DNA of 64,000 nucleotides from Nemertoderma westbladi. Lineage: Eukaryota > Animalia > Xenacoelomorpha. The notes below the pieces were generated by a model. That model saw nothing but the letters and a program-made list of their open reading frames with translations, made no database searches and was not told the origin of the DNA. The translations under genes were made by a program, and so were the position numbers. Position 1 is the first letter of the stretch. Each line of letters starts with the position of its first letter. The stretch lies in NCBI GenBank assembly GCA_032718475.1, contig JAUCBJ010000064.1, positions 1-64,000 of the forward strand. The letters are read 5' to 3'. Below are positions 11,611 to 22,293 of this stretch, in pieces.

Positions 11611-12927
11611 TTCAGAGTTTATGCGATTATCCGCAACATTCATTCCCCAAGTTTGTTCCTACAGTAATTGTGTTTGTTATACATACCGCTATAGTTAAAT
11701 TAACCCCGGTACTACACGGGCTGCTCGGCGTAGGTAAAGACTGGTGATTTTGTGCATCGGTCACTCCAGCAGATGCCGTGGTTCTTTTAGCTGTTCAAGT
11801 ATATTTAACTACTGATTGTCTGTTATATAAGTACTCGTACCTAATTGAGGGTTTAGTGTACAGTACTTTCCGAAGTAATTATTGTAGACATTATATTTGT
11901 GTTGTAAAGTGGTTGATAGGCACATTCGATTAGCTCTATTAACTTCTAGGTAGGAACACTCCGTGATACATAACGTAGAACCTATAGCGATACGGCTATA
12001 GGTCGTCAGGCGGTGGTATTTTCCTATCTAGACAACGCAGTGTATTTACTACTACTTATTATTTCAAATACCGTAGTACCCTGTCCGTTGTAATAACCGG
12101 TTTTCTAACCCTTTGTTAGGCTGGTTTGTAGACTTCTTGTAAAAATACCCTAAAAATTCGTATTTGTGTTTTTGTAAATTTTTGTGTTTATTTAGAGATT
12201 GTAATCTCAACCCGAATTGTACGTAATTCGTAGTATTAAGTAACTTAGGTAAATTAGAATTATTTGTTTTAGTGTCCTATACGTAACACTTCACTGAAAG
12301 CGCACCGCTTTGTGTAGTGATTACTCCCCAGAAATAATAACATTTATTTCAAACATAGACAAAACCCATTAAAACGGGTATATATATTATAAATCAAATC
12401 CAACGATTTATAAATAGTAGGCATACCATAAAACCATTAGGTCTCAATATCAGTTGGATTACTGCTTAAATAACGGTAATAAAGTAAGTTAAAGTAACCA
12501 AGTAACCCTAAAGTTCAGAAATTCAATTATTCTAAAATAATTGATATACCGGTATTTACGATAGGCCTATTATCTTATTTCTATAAATCTAGGCTGAAAT
12601 TATACCGGTACTTGTAATTAATTCTAGTCCAGAATTATATATACTACAAACTGTAAGCTGTATACCGGTATTCCCGATAGGCCTATTATATATTTATATA
12701 TATTTGTGCTAAAATTATACCGGTATTCTGTGATAAACCTAGTCTGTAATAATACTTATATAGTTATATATACTATAAGTATACCGGTATTCTAATATAT
12801 TATATATATATCACGCTACACTGAGTAGCAGTACCGGTAATTAATTACTAGGCTAGCAGTTAATACTGAGTTACTAAACTTGCTCAGACTGTAATATAGC
12901 AGTAGGCATTCAACTGTACAATCAAAC

Positions 12928-15900
12928 ATGTCTGACTCACCACAAACATTGTCAGATAGCCTCTTAGAAAGTGCTAGAATGAGTGTTAGACAGGGTCTTA
13001 AAAAGATCTGGGACTCAGCTAAGAGTATAGAGCGTCTAAGACCAAAGTCCAAGTCCCCTCCTACTGTAAGCAAGGCCATCCCTACAGTATTAATAACAGA
13101 ACCGAGGTTGGTCCAACATCGTAGGTCTATCATAGGCACTCGACCTCAGGTCAAGCGAGACCAAGAAGCAGCGGAACAGCAACAACCCGCAAGCCAGGAA
13201 CTTGTTTCTCAGCAGTCCGACAGCTCCAGTAGTTCGGATACTGTTGAGCGGATGCCCGAGCGCGGAGCGAAGATGGCGGATAAGGTTTATGATGAGCGGA
13301 CAACCTATGAAGAATCAACCGACGCCACTTCTTCTCAAGAAGAAAGCGAAGCGACGGCAGAGAAACCGCATAAGAGGGATGCCATTGACATCTATCTGTC
13401 AGACTATCAACGTTTTTTAGGTGATGACGAGTTGAGGAGAAGGCTGGAGGGGCTTAGCCCTAATAGTGAAGGAACCAAGCTTGTATTGGATGCCATCGAT
13501 GCAGAAATGTTAGCTGCGAACCAAGCTAAATTTGATGAACTCCTCCACATCACTAGAGTCCAAGAAGAGCAAGTAAAGAAAAAACTTATAGAAGACAGAA
13601 AGGCAGCGGCAGTAGCAGCAGCCGTGGCAGCGGCCGAAGTGGAAAGAAAGGCGGCAGCGGCAAAGGCAAGGGCGGCAGCGGCAGCGGCCGAAGCTGAAAG
13701 AAGGGTGGCCGAGGCTGAGAGAAGGGCCGCAGAGGCAGTGGCAGAAGCCGAACGGAGAGCGACTGAAGAAACCACCCAACTAGAATTGGAATACATTCAG
13801 GAGAATCAAGACTGCATAAATAAACAGTTAACAGCTAGTAATATGCAGATGATGAATCGATCTACTCCCAAACGACAGGGATATACATCATCTGAGGAAG
13901 GCGATACCACCGATACTGAAGGCAAAGGAAATAGATCTCGTCTAAGTAGACGTAAAAGAACATTTCACCGTCAGAAATTGCCTGATTTGCCTCCAGCTGT
14001 TAGAAGGCAACTAAATAACACCAACTTAGGTAGTACAGAGCCCACAGACCAAATAATTAAAATAGAAAGACTCCCTACTATAGTAGATGAGCCTGAAATA
14101 ATTAGGCCTGTTCTTGAAATCACCCCTTCGGTGATAGACACACCTGTGCTCCCTGAAACTACCTCTAAATTCCCTCTGCATAGCACTAAGCTACCTGTGC
14201 CCCGTAGAACTGCCCAGGAGACAGTTCAGATCCTGGACCCCGAGCGAAATATTCCAAATTTGTCGCCCGTTGTCCCTCGTATGCCCGCTACGACGTTGGC
14301 GGATCCCGTTTCGGCGGTTGATTGGGTAGACGAGAGACGGCGGGGGATGGATATTCTCCTTGGAGAGATGAAGGAGAATCGGATACGCTCCTCCCAACAG
14401 GTCCGAGAGTTGGAAGAGACTGTCCAGCAATTCAAGGGCACAGTAAGGGAAAGTAGGTTAGAGTTGCAAAAGGTGCAGCAAAGTATCGCGTTAGAACGCG
14501 ATAAATTAGTGAACACACAAAAGGGTATACCACCACCCCCTGTAACAATGTGTCAACCCGTTAGGTCTGAAGTATCCCATGCGCAAGGTGTGGAGCCTAC
14601 ACGCATCTATACTGCTAGCGAAATAGAAACTCCTATAGTGAACCCTATTAAGGGTAATTATAAACCTGTTGATAATGATATTCCCTATAGAACTGATCAT
14701 AATCCGAGAAATTTATATACCGATAACTCGATATTAAATAGCACGATGGCCCAAGAAAGTTTTACGCGTCAAATGGCTAGAACCGAAGCCCGGCAAGCGG
14801 TAAAGGTTGGAGAGATCGTCAAGTTCAATGGAGATGAGATGAAATGGTTACCTTTTAATGAATATTACAAAGATAACATACAGAACTCTGTACTATCTAA
14901 TGGAGAAAAACTTAGATACCTCATCGAGTGCTTGGAAGGATCTCCCAAGTTAATGGCGTTAAAGTTTATTGGACATCCAGACGGATTAAGACAAGTTTGG
15001 GATACACTAAACATCAGGTATGGTAATAGGAATAATATCGCTGGGTACTTGTATGCCAAGTTAGTAGCGCCCCGAAAGTTTATTAGTAGCGGAATTATCG
15101 AGTTTTCCGATGAGATCCAGGAGATCTGCAGACAATTAGACTGGCTAGGTAAGTCTCATGAGTATCAGAACACTATGGTTATTAGAGCAGTGGCTTCTAC
15201 TTTACCTAAAGGTGGAGTAGGTACACGCTGGGATAAGAAAGTGTTATATATGATGGAACAACAACGGCGAGACCCTACCATGGCTGATCTCATGTCATTC
15301 CTAGATGGAGAAGTGAAATTACAGCTCCTAAGGCAGTCCAGAGAGAAGACATTGGAAAACAAGGTAAGTGAGAAACCCGTTTCTAGGAGAAGGGTAACAC
15401 CAGTATGTTATACCGACGACGGTGAAAGCCAAACTTCTCAAGGAGAGAACAGCGGGAAAGACACTGACAGATCTTATTATGTCAATAAAATGCCTAAAGA
15501 TCAGGTAAGTAAATCCGAGTCTCGACCCAATGACAGAAGGGAACCGGTACAAAAAACCCTTCCTACGTCTCCTAAAAGAATTCAGGTGAGAAAGCCCGAG
15601 GAAAGAACAAGTGTGCACCACATAGCACAGGTTAAAGTAAGTAACATCAAGCCGAAATGTGTGCTGTGCGACGGGCCCCACCGTTTAAATGCGTGTGATA
15701 AATTCCTGAGGAAATCACTCGAGGATAGATGTGAAGTCATGTGGGATAAGCGGTTGTGTTATAATTGCCTCAGACGAGGACACCAACGGCGAACCTGTAA
15801 CTCCGACGCAAGGTGTGCAAAGTGCAGCGCAAAACATCATATCTTGTTGCACACGGAATTCGAACGAAACAGCCTGAGTCAGGTAAGTGAGTCCGAACTA

Positions 15901-17397
15901 CATGTCCAATTCAGTGATGTGAACGACACTGATCAATCTGAGATGGAAGGATTCTATACGGACGAGTTCTCCGACCAAAACGAATCCTGTTACCTGATAA
16001 ACACCACCGCAGTGTATCGAGCACTCGTGTATGAGAAAGACACAGACAGCGACCTTACCTTAACTACTTCCGATCAACAACCATCTTGGAAAGCGCCAAC
16101 TTCCAATATAGGAATCCGAGAATTTCCTGTAGTCCAGTTACGGGTCCACGGACCTCAGAAGAGCTATATAGTGAACGCCCTCCTGGACTCCGGTAGCACA
16201 GGAACATTCATCGATAGGGAACTAGCCGAAGTCATCTTTGCTGGACAACCCAAGTTCCGAACCAAGCTAAACATGTCAGGGATCATGCAGGTTTGGAATT
16301 CTACTGTAGCTGCCGACTATTATATAGGTGAGTTGTCCACCCCCCAGGACGAACTAGGAGAACATAGCATCAGGTCAGTGAAAATGGTGGCTATAAAGAA
16401 CTTCGCTACTACTCAAGCAGACCTTTATAATTGGGACGAGGATGAGAGCATCCAACATCTTAACATACCTCGATTCCAGACTGATTATCCTGGAGTGCAA
16501 ATACTCATCGGCCAAAACGCGCATGAGGCGCTGGAGACATTAGAGAAACGGCCTGCTCAACCGCAGCCCCTACAGAACTATGCGGTAAGAACTAGAGTAG
16601 GTTGGTACCTTACTGGACCTTCCCGTAGAACGCTCAGGGAAAGACTGCTTCAAGATCGTGTCTGCCAGGTGAGTGAATGGGAAGACGATACTAGTGAGGG
16701 AGACGACCCAACTGAGGGAACACCACACTCCTCAGATAATGACAATCTTAGCTCCAATGTAGATCAATGGAGATATTGCCCCAAGAAGTTTAATCCAACG
16801 GACATCGCTTCCAGAGGAGCAACTCCTCAAGAACTGACAGATACTATAGACCGGTTAGGTGAACCCGACTTCCTGAGTAAGGAGAATGAATGGCCTCCCC
16901 ATCTTACTCCGACTGAGATTAGACCAGCCAAGGGAGCGGAGAAAGTCGAACCTGAAACCCGGACGGGTGGATCGGAGTTATTTGAACCCGGGATAGATCT
17001 GTCGGTATTACATGTTGCCAGGGACGACGCCGTGGATCTGGGCCTCCCCTCCGCGAGTGGATCCTTCATGAAGATCAGAGAGAGCGATTGGAGCTCTGGA
17101 ACATCAGACGTCTCGCAGGGACTCTCACCTCTCCTGCAGAGAGCGACGGACCACTATAGCTCCTGGAATCGGCTTTGTGACGCCGTCATATACTTTGAGC
17201 GATGTTTCTATCGTCACTATTCCAGGACGAAGAGGAAACCTGGAATTGTATTCAGGATGCAGCGACTCAATCACCCAGTCGGTCGTTTGTGTTTATCGGA
17301 AGGAAATGGAGGACTCTCCGGAAACTGTGGAAGGCAAGATTCTCTTCCCACGACCACCTCCCTAATCCTTCAAACATCTAGGGACTCCATAACGTAA
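12928..17397 (+). CDS. gag: BEL/Pao Gag-protease polyprotein (1489 aa) with RT and most of RNase H deleted in frame, no integrase
   Basis: Coiled coil; DUF1759-like KFNGD..W..F and LSNGEKLRYL; BEL triple knuckle CVLCDGPHRLNAC / CYNCLRRGHQRRTC / CAKCSAKHHILLH; protease ALLDSGS and RVGWYLTGP; soon after comes the RNase H tail WRYCPKKFNPTDIASRG..PDFL...EWP. No YVDD or DDE motifs. Confidence 0.9.
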   Translation: MSDSPQTLSDSLLESARMSVRQGLKKIWDSAKSIERLRPKSKSPPTVSKAIPTVLITEPRLVQHRRSIIGTRPQVKRDQEAAEQQQPASQELVSQQSDSSSSSDTVERMPERGAKMADKVYDERTTYEESTDATSSQEESEATAEKPHKRDAIDIYLSDYQRFLGDDELRRRLEGLSPNSEGTKLVLDAIDAEMLAANQAKFDELLHITRVQEEQVKKKLIEDRKAAAVAAAVAAAEVERKAAAAKARAAAAAAEAERRVAEAERRAAEAVAEAERRATEETTQLELEYIQENQDCINKQLTASNMQMMNRSTPKRQGYTSSEEGDTTDTEGKGNRSRLSRRKRTFHRQKLPDLPPAVRRQLNNTNLGSTEPTDQIIKIERLPTIVDEPEIIRPVLEITPSVIDTPVLPETTSKFPLHSTKLPVPRRTAQETVQILDPERNIPNLSPVVPRMPATTLADPVSAVDWVDERRRGMDILLGEMKENRIRSSQQVRELEETVQQFKGTVRESRLELQKVQQSIALERDKLVNTQKGIPPPPVTMCQPVRSEVSHAQGVEPTRIYTASEIETPIVNPIKGNYKPVDNDIPYRTDHNPRNLYTDNSILNSTMAQESFTRQMARTEARQAVKVGEIVKFNGDEMKWLPFNEYYKDNIQNSVLSNGEKLRYLIECLEGSPKLMALKFIGHPDGLRQVWDTLNIRYGNRNNIAGYLYAKLVAPRKFISSGIIEFSDEIQEICRQLDWLGKSHEYQNTMVIRAVASTLPKGGVGTRWDKKVLYMMEQQRRDPTMADLMSFLDGEVKLQLLRQSREKTLENKVSEKPVSRRRVTPVCYTDDGESQTSQGENSGKDTDRSYYVNKMPKDQVSKSESRPNDRREPVQKTLPTSPKRIQVRKPEERTSVHHIAQVKVSNIKPKCVLCDGPHRLNACDKFLRKSLEDRCEVMWDKRLCYNCLRRGHQRRTCNSDARCAKCSAKHHILLHTEFERNSLSQVSESELHVQFSDVNDTDQSEMEGFYTDEFSDQNESCYLINTTAVYRALVYEKDTDSDLTLTTSDQQPSWKAPTSNIGIREFPVVQLRVHGPQKSYIVNALLDSGSTGTFIDRELAEVIFAGQPKFRTKLNMSGIMQVWNSTVAADYYIGELSTPQDELGEHSIRSVKMVAIKNFATTQADLYNWDEDESIQHLNIPRFQTDYPGVQILIGQNAHEALETLEKRPAQPQPLQNYAVRTRVGWYLTGPSRRTLRERLLQDRVCQVSEWEDDTSEGDDPTEGTPHSSDNDNLSSNVDQWRYCPKKFNPTDIASRGATPQELTDTIDRLGEPDFLSKENEWPPHLTPTEIRPAKGAEKVEPETRTGGSELFEPGIDLSVLHVARDDAVDLGLPSASGSFMKIRESDWSSGTSDVSQGLSPLLQRATDHYSSWNRLCDAVIYFERCFYRHYSRTKRKPGIVFRMQRLNHPVGRLCLSEGNGGLSGNCGRQDSLPTTTSLILQTSRDSIT

Positions 17398-20300
17398 CAA
17401 CATATGGAGTGGGTGTGTGACTCTATTATTTTATATTATATTATTATTTTTATATTTATGTATGTATTACTATGTAATTTTATTATAATCGTTTTATTTA
17501 ATTTAGTAGAATATTATTTAGCGATTATTTTGTAGAATAGTGCAATATATTCGTGTTTATTACGTACGTAATTACTTATATTATATTTAGTGCGACGGCG
17601 AGAAATAATTATTTTTCTCTTTCCTTACTGCTCGTATTCTATTATAAATACGTAACTACAGTAAGATGAAATGTCCGTACTTATTAAAGTACAATAAAGC
17701 CACTACTATATTTAAGTATTATTGGTAGGCAGAGTATTAGGAATGCAAAGTTCAGATCCTCGTGTCTCGGCTAAATCAAGCTCTGGGTAGACCTTGGAAA
17801 CGACTTGCCTCTTCACACTGACATTGCTTCGTGCGATATTGCTCTCATACCGTATATTAAATAATACATATAGTAGCGTGATGTCCCTTTAACAGTAGCG
17901 TATAACGCAAAATAAATCTGTTAAACCCTTTGACCATCTGTAATTCTAGTCGATTAAGATATCGCGGCACCCACCGATATACTTGAAAGACAAATTCTAG
18001 AATCAGTGGTTAACGTCCCCAGACAAGTTCTGGAATAAATCGGTGCCCATCTCAAATATTAATTATTTAATATTTGCAAATCTAATAAATCAAAATCTGT
18101 AAAATTCAGATCCTTCAACAATTCTAGTCAATTAAGATATCGTAGCATTTACCGATATTCTTAAAAAGACAATTGTCATAGAATTAAGGATCTTGTGTCC
18201 CCAGACATATTCTAGAATCAAAATATGTCAATTTAATTATCAAATAATAAAATTTCAGGGAATAAATTTAAATTCATGCCTTTTAATGAATTTAATAAAT
18301 TGCCATTTTTACGCAATTTATAACATTCCCAAAATTCCATTAATTAATAGATCAAGGGAGCGGAGATTTATCTTATTATGTGTATGAGTGTGCGAAAGTC
18401 TCCCAAACATAGTCAATAGCCGATAAAATTCATAAAGTCATGTATAAAACAGAACATTGACTATTAAAGAATACTATTAAATAACATCCCAGATCTGTAT
18501 GCATTGGAATTGCTCTAATTCTACCGCTAGCTTTGCATAATGTCACCATAGCAACAACCACGCTAGAATTAGAATTGAGTTAAAAGAACAATGGAAAGCT
18601 TGTCCCATTGAATAGCATAGGGAATAAATAGTGCACTGATAGTATCCAAGGATACATAATAATACAGTGACATTCTGGAAGGCATTGACTAACGGACAAG
18701 TGACCCGAGTGTGTGTAATTTGTGACAAGTTGTGTGTGTGGTACTTGTGAGTTTATAGGCGAATGTTACTACTAAGGTGTGTTTACAGTAGCTAGTCGCA
18801 ATCGTAAAAGTAACCTAACTCTCCAAGGAAAACCTGAAGTACATCTAAGCCTTTGGGACGGACAGTCGAGTGACTTGTGCCGGTTGTCGTTGTCGTTGTG
18901 CGGCTACGTCGTTGGCGAAAGTACAGCGGCGACGACACATCGGCGCTGAGGATCTCGTACTGTCCGGGGGTTAATTGGAGTAGGCAGCGACGCTCGCTAG
19001 CCTGAATATAAACTCATTATAATATGGATAAACTCATATAGCAGATATGGTTGAGTTGATAGAAGATGATCTTGGTATCGGGGAGCGATATACTCTACTT
19101 TTGCAAGCGTTTGTTGATAGCTTAATACGCGGTGACGTTAGTCTAACTGCTGCGGAGGACGATGGTCGTTATATCGAACCGACAATGTCCCAAGTGCAGC
19201 TCTCGCGAGAGTTGGACTATAGAAAATTCGCTGCTCGCTACACGCATTGTAATGGTATGTATATGGACTTCTTAACCATTGACCATTCTATCGATTTACA
19301 CAATACGGACTATGTCGACTATATATCCTGCCCAGCGGAGTCGAAACCATAAACTGAAATTCGAATGCGAAAATTCTATTCGAAATCGGCTCGAAAGAAA
19401 AGACACTAAAGAAACAAATGGACGCGGTAACTCCAAAGTATATTTGGAATTCTTGATAGAAGCATTGTAACAACAAATAAATGTCACCCGCGTTTACCCT
19501 ACCAGACGTGCGTCTTTGGTATTATTACGATAAACGCCCTAGACCCAAATAATAAACGGAAAGACATAAACATCCATGTAAACCGAAACTTGTTGACGTA
19601 TCACCTATGCTCACTCGGCTCGAACGATCCTGGAGTAAACCTACAATCAGAGTCCCGGAATACTCGGTCAAACCTCCTCATTCCTTAGTTGGACCTCAGA
19701 CCTGCGATCCTGGTGGTGTCGCGGATCCTCGCGGACTGTATTCACTGTTCAAAGATCTAGTGCTACCCTAACAATTAATCGGTAACACTCCGACAGTGAT
19801 TTCTAGCTAGCCGCCCATCTTACCTAGCTGGATTATGACGCAGACACCTAATATCATTATCCAACCGTATGGTCGTCCCGTTTAACGCGATACAACCCTT
19901 CATCAAAGTGAAGGAGAGCGTTGTACGAAACGAGTTAAACGCTATTCTATAAAGATCAAAAAGAAACCTGCGTTTGTTCAGATAAACGTAAGTTACAACA
20001 GTAAGTCCAATCGATAAACAAATTGGCCTTATCTCAGTTCGATTGGGAAACCTCGAATCTCAAAGAAGATATCAAGCTTAGAAAACCCTATTCTCTGCGA
20101 GAGTTTTGGACGAACGTATCCCATGACAAGCGGAGGAAAATCAGCTCGAGGAGAAGCATATCGAAATGGATGAGACACCGACCGTAAACCCAAACCTTTT
20201 AATGCAATCATATTGCACCCTTCACCCAGGAGTTATGGCCCTCCTAGTAAAGTGCCTTCCCCCAAAGAGAAAATGACTCTTGCTAGCTTTAAAAAACTGC

Positions 20301-20407
20301 GTAAACGCCGTCCGCGCAAGAAAGACTAACTGTTTAGAGTATCTTTATGTTTTAGAAACTGTGATTTTTATATTTTATAGACTGAAAATCCCATTTTCTG
20401 GGAGCGG

Positions 20408-21633
20408 TGTAAAAGCTTTTGCTGAATTGTCCGGTTATTTTTCCTTATTTTTCCCGTAAAATACTCTGTAGTTGGTTTACCAGGCATAAAAAGGCCGTGT
20501 CCTTGCTGTACTGGTGTTTTAGCGGACATAAAAGCTATTTCTTCTGTATTTGTACTTTAGAGGACATAATCCGTAATTCCGTGACGTAAAAGCTCGATAC
20601 TCTTGAAAACAGTGTCGCTACCATGACGACGGCTAGCAGCTGATATTGCCACGTCGACGTTTCTTTGTTTCTCTGTTCTCTCGTTGTTCAGGTTGACCAA
20701 TCAGAGCGTTTGTTATCTCTGTGTTGGAGGTATATACAGAAACTCAGTAGTTCAGTGTTATGGTTTTTGCCCAGAGCCTAAGAACCGGCTTTGGCACCAC
20801 CGTGTTTTCAGTTTTTAGTCTTACACTAGTAGGTTTAATTATAAAGGGCATATATCCTTTAACTGACATACCGATCAAACTCATGGAATCACTGCTGACT
20901 GATCATACATGCTGACTGCTGAAACATTGCAAACTCATAACAATCAGTGTTTTCATTGTTGTTTTATACTGCTATTTACCGTCAGTTCTTCATAATATGG
21001 TTGATGAATAATTATATTTGGAATAACGATAAATAACCCCGAAACCCAATATTCTTGATATACCGAAGGTAAGAGAGAAGGGTTACAGATAAACGATTGT
21101 GACTTATATTAAAGTGGTTTGAAGTGAATCTAATGTTATTTGATAGACCCTACATGAGTCAGTCTGTGTTCCTTTTATATGTGACTAAAATCAGTGAAGA
21201 TTGGCAGATTAGTGTGCAGTATTGTGCAGCATTGTGTATGAGTGAGTCTGTTAAAGAAGCAATTCCTAAAGAATGCGCCATATATGTGAATTATAATTAA
21301 GCCATATCGTTGTGAGTAGTTTAAGTCATAACTCTGTTTATATAGATAAAGCGCCACGTCCTAAAGGAACTGTTAATATTACCGAAGGTGAATAATATTG
21401 TCAGAGATTATATAATACTGTCAGTCGAATAATACATTAGGCTTACATAGCAACAAAATTAAACCGTCGAACCCAATCTCCCGGGAATATCCAGCGGGTG
21501 AATGGTCGCGCACGGATTGGTTTCGACTAGTGTAGTGAATCAAATACTTGTCATAGACTAAAAAACCGATTTAATATCTAGCAGACATCTTAATTTGGTG
21601 GGTTAAACTGCTAAAGGTCTGAAAGCGCGAACA
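20408..21633 (+). repeat. 3' LTR of element A
   Basis: Direct repeat of 9513-10738, followed by TSD GTAGT. Confidence 0.95.
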
Positions 21634-22293
21634 GTAGTTGGTACAAATGGAATGTAAGTGTAAGAAGTGTGTTTTTAAGTTAGCATTATGGCCATTCCAT
21701 ACTCTTGAGTGTTTAAGTGTGTTTGAAAAGTACCAGTTCCCATAATGCCGCTAAGGGGGGCCAAGTTTTTCATACACATGACACACTGGACTGGAAAAGT
21801 GGTAAAATGCTAACTTGTGGGAAATGGTCTAAAAAACGTTTTGACAAAGTTTCAGATTGCAAGGACCACGAGTTAGCACTTTGAGTTAGCACTTTGGAAA
21901 AGTTAGCACAATAGCGGAAAAAGAGCTTGCAAAGTTAGCCCTTTGGTATATTTGCCAACACACACATAACCACATCGTGTTTTTGAACGGCTCAACTCAA
22001 GACAAGAACTACCCTGGCCTATTAATAGCCAGGTTCGTTATAATCTTGAACATTTTTCGACCAGGTCAATGAGGATCCTGCGATATTCCAGAGGCTTCGC
22101 ATCAAACTTATCTAATCTATTTTTACAGCTGAGACCAAACATACTGGGAAGATAACGGCTAAAGGAGTGCTGGGTACGTTCAAATATGCTTATATATTAT
22201 CAAGATAGGGACACCATATCGAACTGTTATGTTCAATTGTAGGCCTGGCGTAGGTACAATACAACCCCCATTGGAAGGCTGCATTACGATGCA

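Larger units (their letters stand above)
9513..21633 (+). mobile_element. BEL/Pao LTR retrotransposon A (12.1 kb), non-autonomous
   Basis: TGT...ACA LTRs at 9513-10738 and 20408-21633; 5-bp TSD GTAGT (9508-9512, 21634-21638); short purine-rich GGGAGCGG before the 3' LTR; BEL-type Gag and protease. Confidence 0.95.
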
